Shown here piece by piece: positions 23,382 through 34,035 of a stretch of 64,000 nucleotides of DNA (the stretch's first letter is position 1; every line of letters begins with the position of its first letter). Where the stretch lies: positions 25,604,709 to 25,668,708 of the forward strand of contig OZ316894.1 of the NCBI GenBank assembly GCA_973895155.1, written 5' to 3'. Position numbers and translations under genes: made by a program. The notes under the pieces are model-generated. The model was not told the DNA's origin and searched no databases. It was given only the letters and a program-made list of their open reading frames with translations. The stretch is from Marsupella aquatica (taxonomy: Eukaryota > Plantae > Marchantiophyta).

Positions 23382-26300
23382 CTAAATATGCGTTAAGGGT
23401 CATACAGAGAATTACCAACGGCCCAGATTAAAATGCGCGCATCCTCCAGCCGCTGTGTCAGTCATGGCTCCCATCTCTGCATGCCATCTCGACCCTCCAT
23501 CAAAATTGAAGGGCCTAGATTAATTTAAGAATGTACCTGCAGGTTACAATGCTCCGCGGCTGCCAGTGTTCTTCCTGCGGCAAATCTGGGCCCTCCATGT
23601 AGGATCACGCTCCTCCAAGAAAATCCAGGCCCTCCATTCTGAAATGCCAGTCTCAAGACAATCTTGGCCCTCTATTCAAAACTAAACGGTTTAAGATGAC
23701 ATCCAACGGCGTAACGTGTTAGGGTTTAGGGCGTTTGTAGATTGACATCCAACGGTCAACCCAGAATGGACGGCTGAGATTTTTGTGGACCAGTAGGTGG
23801 ATTCTGGGGCAGGCTTTACTTAATCTGCAAGAGGAATTCCTTGTCTCACTTTTTGCCGTCAAGCTGCAAGTTTGTCTCCGCAGTGTCGGGTGTGCGCTGG
23901 TGAATCTGCGGGCGATTGTGTGTGGGCCGGGTTGTGCGCTTTGTCATCTGCGAGCGACTCGGTGTGGGCCGTCGTTTGGAGTTTCTGAGCTTGCGAGTGG
24001 ACCAATTGGTCTCTACTTTTCACTGGGAGCGCGATCTCAGCTTCTCTGGTTTTTCCTGTCAACTACTCTATTCGTATTGAGTGCTTTATTGGATGTATGC
24101 CGCTTGATTTGAATGTCTTTTCATTCTGAATGCAATTGTTCATTCCTTCAATGCCGCTTTATGCAGAATCAGCCGAATGCTTTCTCCATGTAGATATGTG
24201 AAGCCCATGCTTATGCTTTGCTCTCGATTCACTACATTACGGTTCAGCTTAAGGACTGATTTGGTTGTTGGTTTTTGGTCTCTCATGTTCAGAATTCTCC
24301 TTCGTGCCTTCTTCTCGAGATTTCATCATAACTTGAGGTAATTTTGGTTTGCGTAGCGACGATCACTTGCAATGGTTGAAAGTGAACGAAAGGATCTATG
24401 TAAGACTAATCGTTTTTCTGAACGTCTCCCGCTCAGATATCTGTAGAATGCTCATCGAAGCCATTATCGAAGGCTCAGATGAATGCCTGATCATGTAGAA
24501 GGTTGGCCTGATCATGCAGAAGTACTAACATACTTCTTAGCTTTTTGCAGTGTGTTGTCTATTGACGTTGCGATCGAAGGCTCATCATAATGCCTCCAAA
24601 ACTATCCCCAGGTTCAGTTGACCGTTTTCTTGTATTCATTGTTGTTTGCGCTCGCGATGACGATGAAGGTTGGGCCGCTTCTTCCTTGCCATTTGTCTCC
24701 AAAACCTCATCTTCTGCCATTGTAGTTGTACAGTCGATCAAGGCTCCGTTTAAGCTAACTGAACGATTTTCTTACATACCAGACTTGGACAAGGATCAAG
24801 GGCCATCATTCAGCCTTGGAATGTCAGCGATGGCATCCGAAGGTGCAGTCGCTGGTGGAACGATCTATGATCTTGTAGGCGAAACTTCATCTGGTGCCTA
24901 TTGTTGCTATGTTTCAGAATCAGACATTCATAACCTGAATGGGGACCCGGATGCTATTGCACTTGAGTATTTGATCTTGCAACAGCTTACAGTGAATCTC
25001 CCAAATGGAACTTCCTGTGAGTTCTTACCTGAAGATGCAGAGTTTCAGCGCACCCTTTCCGAGGGTGGTAGTAATCTGAGCGCTGCAGTTGATCGATGGG
25101 CTGCAAATCGGCTCAATAAGTTTCGTGAGTTTAAAGGGTGGAACACCACACTTCCGTTCGAGGAAATGCCTGGCCGAGACTGTGTGATGCTATTGACAAA
25201 GTTCTTGAACAGGTTTGCAAGAAGGACGGTAAGCTCTATCCCTCACAGACCTTGATGGGTCTTTACCGTGCGTTTCACCGTACGTATTTTGCAGAAGAAA
25301 CAAGAGAAGCGTGTGGTTGAGACAGGTAAGGAAGAGCGAGTGTTTGACATGCGATCTTCACCTTTGTTCAAGCCAGTGGCTGTGGCCTGTGTGTTGGCAA
25401 TGGAGCGCTCAAAGAAGGCAGGCGCTAATGTGCCAAGGAAGAAAGCCTCTATCATTACTTTTGCAGATGAGGCCACCATATTGGCTCATTCGAGTACCTC
25501 TGTCTCACACTCGCGAGGCCTGCAGAGGAGGGCAGTCTTCTTTTTACTGAATCGGTTTTGTATTCGTGGCGGTAAGGAGTTGTATAATCTTATGAAGGCT
25601 GACTTTATTTTTGCAACTGATGTCCATGGTGATTTTGTGAAATACGATGAGCGCCTTAGCAAGAACTATAGAGTGAGTATGGATCGATATCAGGAGGAGC
25701 ATTTCAGACCTGCTGTGATTAACTATGACCTTGATGTGGTCAATACATTTCGGATGTTAATCCATCATCTGCCTGTAAGTGCAACATTTCTTTTCTATCA
25801 ATGCATTGACCACCCGCGGACGCATGCATGGTACTCAACGTCGAGGCTTGGTGAGAAGACACTCGGCTCTTGTCTGAAAGTGTTGCATCAGGAGGCTGGC
25901 CTTGGTACTGATGGTGTCTCCAATAAAACTGGACCCACCACCTGTATCTCTCGGATGGGAGCTGAGGGTGTTCCACCAAAGGTTGGGATGAAGATCTCAG
26001 GCCACAAAAGCGAGGGTGCATATGAGAGGTACGATCGTAGCACAGAGGCTAAGGTGCGAGCGACACTTAGATGTGCCTCGGATGGGACTGCTTACCCTGA
26101 GACAGTGACTTTGGAGACAACAAAAGGCAAGAGGGCGCTTATTGATGGCGAGAAGAGCAAAGATGTGACTGGGCCTGCTGTTTCTGTAGTGGACGAGCCA
26201 CTGTCTAAGAAACTGAAGGACGGAATGAAGTTGCTCCCTTCCGAAGGTAATAGAGTAGGCTGACTTGTTCATGCATACTTTTTCTTGGTTCTGTTATTAT

Positions 26301-27246
26301 TGAATATAACTCATTCTTTTCTTGGTGATTTCTTGGTGAGTGCAAGTGCTGATTCTACAGAGTCCAGCTTGCCTTCTGTGATAGAAATGGAGCCGACTCT
26401 CCTTCAACCAGTAGCCGAGCCGGTTATGGAGGTGTTGGTTAGTGAAGAAGTTGTCACACCAACTATGAGTGTTGAGCTTGTGGCACCTGCTACTGAATAG
26501 GGCCTAAGTACACTGGACACTGACGTTTCAACGCGTTTTGTTGAAGAGGAGACAAATATTGACTTGGATATTTCCTTTGAGTCCATGGATTGGGATGCTT
26601 TAAGTTGTTCGGACCCAAGATTTAAGGGCATTGCCCGCTTGCCGGTCATGATTAATCCAGTAATCAACATTGTTTTTGAAAATATTAAGGCATTAACAAA
26701 TTGCACCATGAATGGCTGCAGTTTCAGCCTCAACTTTGGTCCTCATGGAGGGGGACCCCCGGTGGAGATGGAGGAGGACCATCCTCTGGACTCTCATTAA
26801 ACATATGAGGCATTATTGACAGTAAACTAGGCACATATTAGCCTGTGAGGCATTATCGTTAGAGTTAGCACTAATAGATTGTAGATAGTTTACAGACAAC
26901 ACTTCCATATACAGATTAGACAGATATTACAATAGACCTATGGACATTCTTTAGACAATTAATTGTTGTCAAGAACTGCCTTCTGGGCATTCATTTGTTA
27001 GACTCTGTCGAGTCACTGTAAATCTTGATTTACATATGAATAAAGTTTTATTCCCCGCTGTGGGATTTCTCCCTATTGAATTATTTGCATGTCTGAAAAA
27101 TCTGTCAGCTGTATTCATAAACTTCGAGTGTATAAATACACCCCAAATACGACCATAAATAATGAAATATAAAGTTGCCTACGTGGCAAGCTCTGGTAAG
27201 TCGAGAGGCATTAAAATAACCCCATGACCCTTTACGTAAATCTGGG
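23381..27246 (+). mobile_element. Crypton-like tyrosine recombinase element 1 (boundaries tentative)
   Basis: Contains YR gene 1; bounded by an imperfect 23-bp inverted repeat (23381-23403 vs 27224-27246, 18/23), each copy next to a hairpin. Confidence 0.55.
24590..26800 (+). pseudogene. Tyrosine recombinase 1, DUF3504/Crypton-like, frameshifted
   Basis: QVCKKDGKLYPSQTL (N-terminal KKDG..Y motif), IRGGKELYNL (Arg), SKNY (Lys), SNKTGPTT (HxxR position, R to P), ISGHKSEGAYERY (His, Tyr), C-terminal TNCTMNGCSFSLN. Frameshift near 25210; probable intron starting ~26247. The start is uncertain (24590 or 24821). Confidence 0.85.
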
Positions 27247-27394
27247 AGATTGCTGAAGGGAATCTGGCTTCCCCCCAGATTTGGACCCAAGGTACCTTTG
27301 AAGGGTGATTTCCATTCAGCCCCCCTACCCTAGTGGCCTCTACGGCCTCGTTAGAGGTAAGCGGGGTGGTCTACCTTACAAGTAACTAGTGTAG

Positions 27395-27424
27395 GTTGGC
27401 TTAAACCACCACTAGTGTACCTTA
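27395..27424 (+). repeat. Left copy of the 30-bp direct repeat (attL-like)
   Basis: Identical to 31246-31275; overlaps an ACTAGTG...CACTAGT inverted repeat (27385-27416). Confidence 0.9.
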
Positions 27425-28176
27425 GATGTAACTGGGTATAGGATAATGACGGTCCGGCCGCCCGTTACTGGGTTGTAATGGGGCGACCGGGTTCTGACAT
27501 AACGTGACCAGCGGTAGCCGGGAGCACCTATAGAAGCAACCGGGAGGCCCCAGTAATGGACGGCGAGGATTTCGTTAATGTTCGTAATCACAATCTGGGT
27601 TTTAGGGTTTACCGGCTGGGACGGTGCGCCAATTTTGGATCATTTGACTAGGGGGACGGTCGACTGTCCATTTGAATTGTAAAGAAATGGGCTATACGCC
27701 ATTGGCGTCGCGATAGGCGCATTGTGTGTTTTTGTTTGATTTTTGGCGAGGCACAACTTGCAGCCTGTAGCTTGCAGCGAGGCGGAGCTTGATCGGGGCA
27801 AGGCGCAACTCGCAACTCGCAGCTCGCAGCAAGGTGGAGCTTGATCGGGGCAAGGTGCTGTTGTGGCCTGGGCGGGGCACGACGCAGCGGCTTCGGGCGG
27901 CGATGGTGGTGGGACGAAGCGTTGTGGCTTCGGGCGGGGCAAGGCGCTGCAGGATTTGAAAGCTCTGAACTGTGCGATTTGAAAGCTCTGAAATGTGTGA
28001 TTTGAATGCTTTGAACTGGCGCTTGTTGTTTGACAAATGATGACGATTTTCAGAGCACAAAGAGAGCACAATAGAGCCAAATGCAAGGAGATGGAGTGGA
28101 GCGAAAGGGTCAAGTGGTATCGTGGTTTGCTTGAATGTGATTTAGGCTCCTGGGTTTAGGCTATGTATTCAATGCT

Positions 28177-30451
28177 ATGATTTTCAGTTCTTCTGTGATG
28201 GCTGCAACAACAGAGCAGCTAGTGTCATTTGGCCTCGTTACAGAGGCAGCGAAGCATGTTCTAGCAAAGATGGAGGTAGAGGTGAATGAAGTTGTCACTG
28301 ATGTCTATTCAGATGGCGATAGTGAGATGTTGTACATCGATAGCTTGTGTGCAGATAGGGAAGAATGTGATCTTTCTGAGTTTAATGTATATGATGTGTT
28401 TGATCACGCTTCTAGAGAAGCGGTTTCTATGGACATACTATCTACTCTAGCTGACCCTGATGTCAATGAGGTCAAGTGTGAAGTGCAGTCGTTGGAGGTT
28501 AGTCTGTCGGGCTTGAGACTGGTGCCTGATCCTCTTTTAGAAGAAGCAAGCCAAGGATTAGAGAAGCTCCCTTCAGCACACAATGATCGGTGGGCTGTGA
28601 GGCGAGCTGATGGGTTGCAAAAAGGCATGGGATGGGATATGAGTGTTGGATTTGGGGACTTGCCACTTGTGAAGGTTGACGAGTTGCTTAGCAACTACTC
28701 GGGCAACTACTTTTCTCGTGTTGTGAAAAAAGACGGTAGTATTTACCCCTCATCTTCACTCATTAACCAAATGAATGGATTTAATCGAGTTATGAGACGT
28801 GGAAGTGATCTGAGGTTGTTGACAAGTTCTAGCTATATTTTGCCGAGAGATTTCAATATTAACTCACATGCAGCCTTCGTGAGAACTCGGATGGTGTTGA
28901 AAGCTGCGATCAAGAAGTTTGCAAAAGAAGGGCGAACAAGAAGTGGCAAAAGGTGAGAGTTGTGAGCTTGAATGTTTTTGGTTGTAGTCTCTATGCGCTG
29001 CCTTACAAATTTTGTATGCCGGTTCTAACTTTTGCAGGCCTTGATGTAGGTGGAGATACTAACAGAGGAGCACGAAAGAGCAATCATGGCCGACATTGAC
29101 CATCAAGTCACAAGTAGCCACAGATGCCAAAAGTGCTTGGCATTTTACTGCCTTGTTAGGCTTGGCATTTGTGGAGGTGGTGAGCTATATGACTTGCACA
29201 GAGGCAACTTGTATGTGTGCATTGACAAGGCAGGAAGGAACTACGTGCAATAAGTGTGAACCTGAATGTTATTTGTGATATTTAGCTTTCTGAAATCTTT
29301 GCAATTGACTATGAGTATTGACAGAGGGTTGATTGTGCTTGTTGCAGGTTTGAGGAGGGGCAGAGTAAGAATAACTCTTATACGTTGGATCGATACAATG
29401 AAGAGCAATTCAGGGAGATGTATCATAGCTATGAGGCTGACTTCATGCTTACTGTGAATCAATATGAACGTCATTTATCTGCAAAAGGAGACTTGTCGAA
29501 GCCTGATCTTTTCATGCAGGCCATAACAAATCCTGTCGGGTAATGTATGGTACAACAAAGTGCACAAGGTAGGAAGGGATACCGCTGCTAACTAGCTTAA
29601 GAACATGCTTTCATTGGTGGGGCTGCCATCTACTCTATTCTCTAACCAAACTGGAAGGACCACATTGATCTCACGACTAGCTGCAAAAGGGGTCCCTGAT
29701 GTGATTGGTATGTTGATTAGTGGACACCACTCAATTAGAGGTTATGCTCGCTATGATCGAACCCAAGAACTGAAGATGGAGGCTGCAGCGCTTGTCTCTG
29801 CTAGTCCAGGCCTTGATTACGAGAGAGCGCTTGCACATTTTTCTAAAGACTTTGTTAGGGACAAGCTTGTTGGATCATCTGAGGGTCTGAAACCCCTTGT
29901 TGATAGGATGAGCGGGAAGGCCAATGTGTAGCCTTCAGTGATTACTCTTGTACAGGTGAGGAAACAGACCTTGATTTGTTTGCTCAGTGTAGTTTCTTGG
30001 TGTTATTGTTGATGCTAAGTGCTTTTGTTGGCAGGGATCTACAAGCTCAAAAGAAATTGGAGAAACATCTCAACAAGTTTCAGACCAGGTTTGATTGTGG
30101 TGTTCTTTGGATTTGTTCTCGTTTTATTGTCGGTTGTGTTTGTAGCAGGAGATTGATGTGGCTTTGCTTTTTGGCAGAAGGAAGGAAGGAAGGAATCCAG
30201 CCGGCATGTGTGGAGATTTGGCTGTACAGAGTGCCGATGCTGCCAAATGAGATTTGTCCTAAGACAAAATTGACTGGGTGGGCGAGCTGCTTAAGCAAAA
30301 CCCTGATCTTCATGCAAAAATTTCACGTCCAGCACAGGGTCGAGTTTCTATGGACAGCAACATTTCTGGAAACTCTTTCCACAATTGTTCAGTGACAATA
30401 AAAATTGTTAAGGCTGGGGAGGAGGATGAGAAGGAGAACTCAGGCCAGTAA
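28177..30451 (+). pseudogene. Tyrosine recombinase 2, DUF3504/Crypton-like, intron-containing and decayed
   Basis: VKKDGSIYPSSSL; GICGGGELYDL (Arg to Cys, CGT>TGT); after an acceptor at ~29347, FEEGQSKNNSYTLDRYNEEQFR (matches YR1 YDERLSKNYRVSMDRYQEEHFR); SNQTGRTT; ISGHHSIRGYARY; C-terminal FHNCSVTIKI with TAA at 30449-30451. Introns near 28953-29049, 29251-29347 and 29956-30034; several stops and frameshifts. Confidence 0.85.
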
Positions 30452-31002
30452 CTAGTTAGCTTGCAGATTTTGTAATTCATTTAGAGGTTAGTAGGAACAT
30501 TTTGAGATCACCGGACAATATGTTAGTCTTGGTGAGATACTTTAGTACATATTCAGCTCTTAGATTTATCATCTGATTAGATAGTAAGATTTCATATATC
30601 CATCAATAGCACTAGCACATAAAAACAGGCATTTAGAGGGTGGTGATCAGCTCACCATTATTCCAGATCTGGCTGGATCAGCACCTGTAACAACGAGAAT
30701 ATTTTTATGACTGTCAACCATTGAATGTTTTACTTTACTACTCGGTTAACCATAGTGTGGCTGGCCATGAATAAAAGCGTAATATTTTGAGGACTCAAAT
30801 TGTTACAAATTCTTTCTGCATCAATACTAAACAGTCTCTAAAATGATCAAAGCTATATACACTCTAAAAGAGAACCCTGGAAATTCATCAAAGTGAATAT
30901 TTCAAGCCCAATAATATCACCTAGCTTTGACAGTTTATGTACAATTCTGAGCCTGTTCAGAGGATGGAAAACACTAAATGAACGGACAGAATAAACTGTT
31001 TT

Positions 31003-31133
31003 GACGGAACATTTTTGAAATGGACGGAACATTTTTGATATGGATGGAATATCCATTTCCCATCCAGTAGTTACGAAGTTCCGTAGCTGCATTACAGAGT
31101 TTCGTAGCTACATTACGAAGTTCCATAGGTAAT
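31003..31133. repeat. Subterminal short tandem arrays (2x20 bp and 3x21 bp)
   Basis: GACGGAACATTTTTGA(A/T)ATG x2 (31003-31042); TTACrrAGTTyCrTAG.T... x3 (31071-31133). Confidence 0.8.
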
Positions 31134-31245
31134 GTTACAGGGCTACCCTGAACTCAGATGTGTCAGGAGGCTAGGTTATGTGAATAGAAGGGCCACCCAA
31201 AATAGGTTACAAACGTAGAAAACCTGAAACCAAGACCGTGATTAT

Positions 31246-31275
31246 GTTGGCTTAAACCACCACTAGTGTACCTTA
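31246..31275 (+). repeat. Right copy of the 30-bp direct repeat (attR-like)
   Basis: Identical to 27395-27424. Confidence 0.9.
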
Positions 31276-33969
31276 AGAAATAACTAGGTTGGCTCTAGCC
31301 TTGACAAAACCTGAATTCACTAGGTTTACAATTAATAGTGTATATTCCTGAAATTGTGGAGAAAAATGGCACAATAGAGGAGGAGAAGTCTTGGACTCTT
31401 CCTCCTTTTATATGGCTAATGACAGTTAAATAAATAAATATATAGTTCATGGACCTGCCTTATGTACTCCCTAATGTGTGTTCCCTGTTCTGATTGAAGC
31501 TTATCATACCCTTCACAACCTAATCAAATTGACACTCTTAAGTACTAGAAGTGAGTGAGATTGGATGCTTGAACAATTCATTCTAACAAGACAAAGAGAT
31601 CACAGAACTAAACTTCCCTCTTTGTGTGGATAGGGATCCCTCCTAGTTGCTCCGAGATTTGAATAGACTTTCATGATATATTAGGAGAGTTTCTATGTAG
31701 GTTAAAGTATATCTGTGTCATCAAAACTTAGCTCAGACCCAATCCAGAAATGCATTTAAACAAAAATAAGCATCCATACTTGAGTGGAGTGCTAGTGTGA
31801 GAGTCTGAAGCCACCTCTGAGCACTTGACACTCTCTCTACTCGTGGAGACAAAATGAACATTTTGAAAACTTTGATGGATTGAGACAAAAACAGAAACCA
31901 GAAAGAAGCTGAGCACACAGAAACCCCAATAATAACACAGAAGCAAGTGTCCAGCAGAGAAATTACAAAAGACAGGCTGATCTGCCAGTTTTGCTCAATC
32001 TATCCATGAAGTCAACACCATTAAACTGAAAGAAATAGACAGTAATTCTGGGAAGTTTCCAAAATGACATAGCTTGGGCCCTGGTCTGGACATTAAATGG
32101 GAATTGAACTCCTTGCTAAAGGGTCCTGTTAAACTGATCAACCATGGTTATAGCTTTGCTCAAAGGTATTTGATGGATTTGATCCTTAATCTCAAGTTTG
32201 AACTCCATCATAAACTATGAAACAGAGAACTGCAAACCATTGAATGGCAGATTGAATGACGTACCAAAATGTAGTGTGGCAAAAGTCTCTTAGTTTGTGC
32301 TATGCTAGATGGAGTCCTTTTCACAAATATGAATGAGAAACAAAATTAAAAAATTCAAGTGATTGTGACATTTGCAGAATTGCAAAGGACAGGTTTGTAG
32401 ACACAAACAAGTTACAAAATCTTAAAAACTGCTTTCACATAAACTGGTGGGCATGCCTAAGACTTTCCTGGGCATTATTTGATAGAGCAATTGCATGGTC
32501 CAAGTCAATCGATGATGTATCAAAGGGAGGACTGCAACCAATTGACTAAGACAAAACATTTGATTGAAAGAGAATTCAGAATAGGTTGCTTCCCGATGTC
32601 TGGTTCACTTTGAGATAGATTTGTATTGATTAGCTATATGGGAACTTGGGAAAATAACACCATAATCTATATTCGGTACTATTCTAAACATTTTGTTTTG
32701 TTTGTGTTTCATTTGAGGCTAACAAAAACAATAAGGAGCCATAACAAAATTCAAAAGTAAATTAGTTCGTGGACCCCTTGGCTAATTGACAGCATGGTTA
32801 TCACAAAGCAGTTGCCAAAATCAGGCCTTTTCGCTACATGCTACCAAATTCTCAAACTACGAGATTCAGAATTCAATCCGTGGCAAGTCCATTTGCAATT
32901 AGATAAATATCTGATCAAATTAATGAATTGTATCAGTTCGTTGAGTTCAAGTTTGGACCATGGCTAGCAGTGTACCTTAATTGCAAAGGGCCGAAATTCT
33001 TACACCAAGTGCCAATTACCCTTTAACAAGGAAGTTATCAAGTTAGTTAATAGTCATTATTTGTTATATGAAATTTTTTTAAATCTTTGAATTTAAGTTT
33101 TAAAATTGGAAATGTAACTAAAACGGTTACATAGTGACAGTTTTAACCGTCTTGCTCTTTGCATTTCTAATTTTTTACTTTTCTTTTTACGGCATGGCGT
33201 CCTAAAATTTACACCCAAATTGACACAAACACGAATGAAAACTATAATGTTTGATTCACAAAACTGATGAGTCTTGTTTGTTGCGGTTGTTGTTGGCGTG
33301 GCGCACTGTGGTGCCATGAAGTTTGGAAGGGACCTCTAGTGGGGTCCGTAAATATGGATGACAAACACTGGGGGAATTAACCAATCAATTGTGACATCTT
33401 CTCCTTTTGGACATTTAGGTATTTTTCTTGGTGTCCTCTACTTTGCTTTCTATGTCAGTTGCTGTGGTACAAACACTTCCAAGCTACTCAGTAGATGGGC
33501 CACTGCAGCCTGGTAAGTGGTTTCAGAGCATTTGGCCATACTTCTTGGCTTAGGCCAGCTCTGTTGTGTCCCGCTCTGTACGTTCTGCTGCTTGTTATGG
33601 CCTTTTCCCGGGCGTTTTGGGCCATGAGTCCTCTTTGAAATAAACTCGAAGGGGTTTCCCCAGCCTGAGACTTGTGGTAGGTTGCATGGTTGTTTCTAGG
33701 GCAAGGTTTCTGGACCTCTTGGCGAGAAATAGGGCGGGAAAGATGATATGTGAACCCAACATTTGTGTAAACCTAAGACTGAGCTGTTTCGCATGTAAAT
33801 ACTATCTGAATTTGCCACCTTGTCAATTGATGATGTACTTATCTTCTTGATGTCCTTAGCCTGAATACCAGGACAGAAGATAAATGGATAAACATATTAA
33901 TTCTTTTGCCTCTTTAAAAAGTAATGTACCTGTTTATATGCAGCTGGTTCCATTTCTCGAGGCATAAAG

Positions 33970-34035
33970 TTAGGTTGACCAACTGGTAGCATCACTCCTT
34001 GCCAATTAAGAGGTTGAGAGATCAAATCTCCATTT
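33970..34035 (+). other. Degenerate tRNA-like A/B-box sequence, possible SINE head
   Basis: TGACCAACTGGTAG followed ~25 bp later by GAGATCAAATCTC; no full cloverleaf is evident. Confidence 0.25.

Larger units (their letters stand above)
27395..31275 (+). mobile_element. Crypton-like tyrosine recombinase element 2, flanked by a perfect 30-bp direct repeat
   Basis: GTTGGCTTAAACCACCACTAGTGTACCTTA at 27395-27424 and 31246-31275 encloses YR gene 2; subterminal inverted arms lie inside both ends. Confidence 0.75.

Noticed and set aside
27640-28113. Minus-strand 157-aa and 125-aa ORFs
   Set aside because: GC-rich low-complexity leader of YR2 with short repeats; no domain signal.
24590-30451. DIRS/Ngaro retroelement or Starship captain
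   Set aside because: No RT/RNase H or gag nearby, motifs fit DUF3504-type YR, and the units are ~4 kb without cargo.
32969-32980. AGTGTACCTTAA as a third copy of the 30-bp repeat
   Set aside because: Only an 11-12 bp match and it lacks the TAACT half; compatible with chance.
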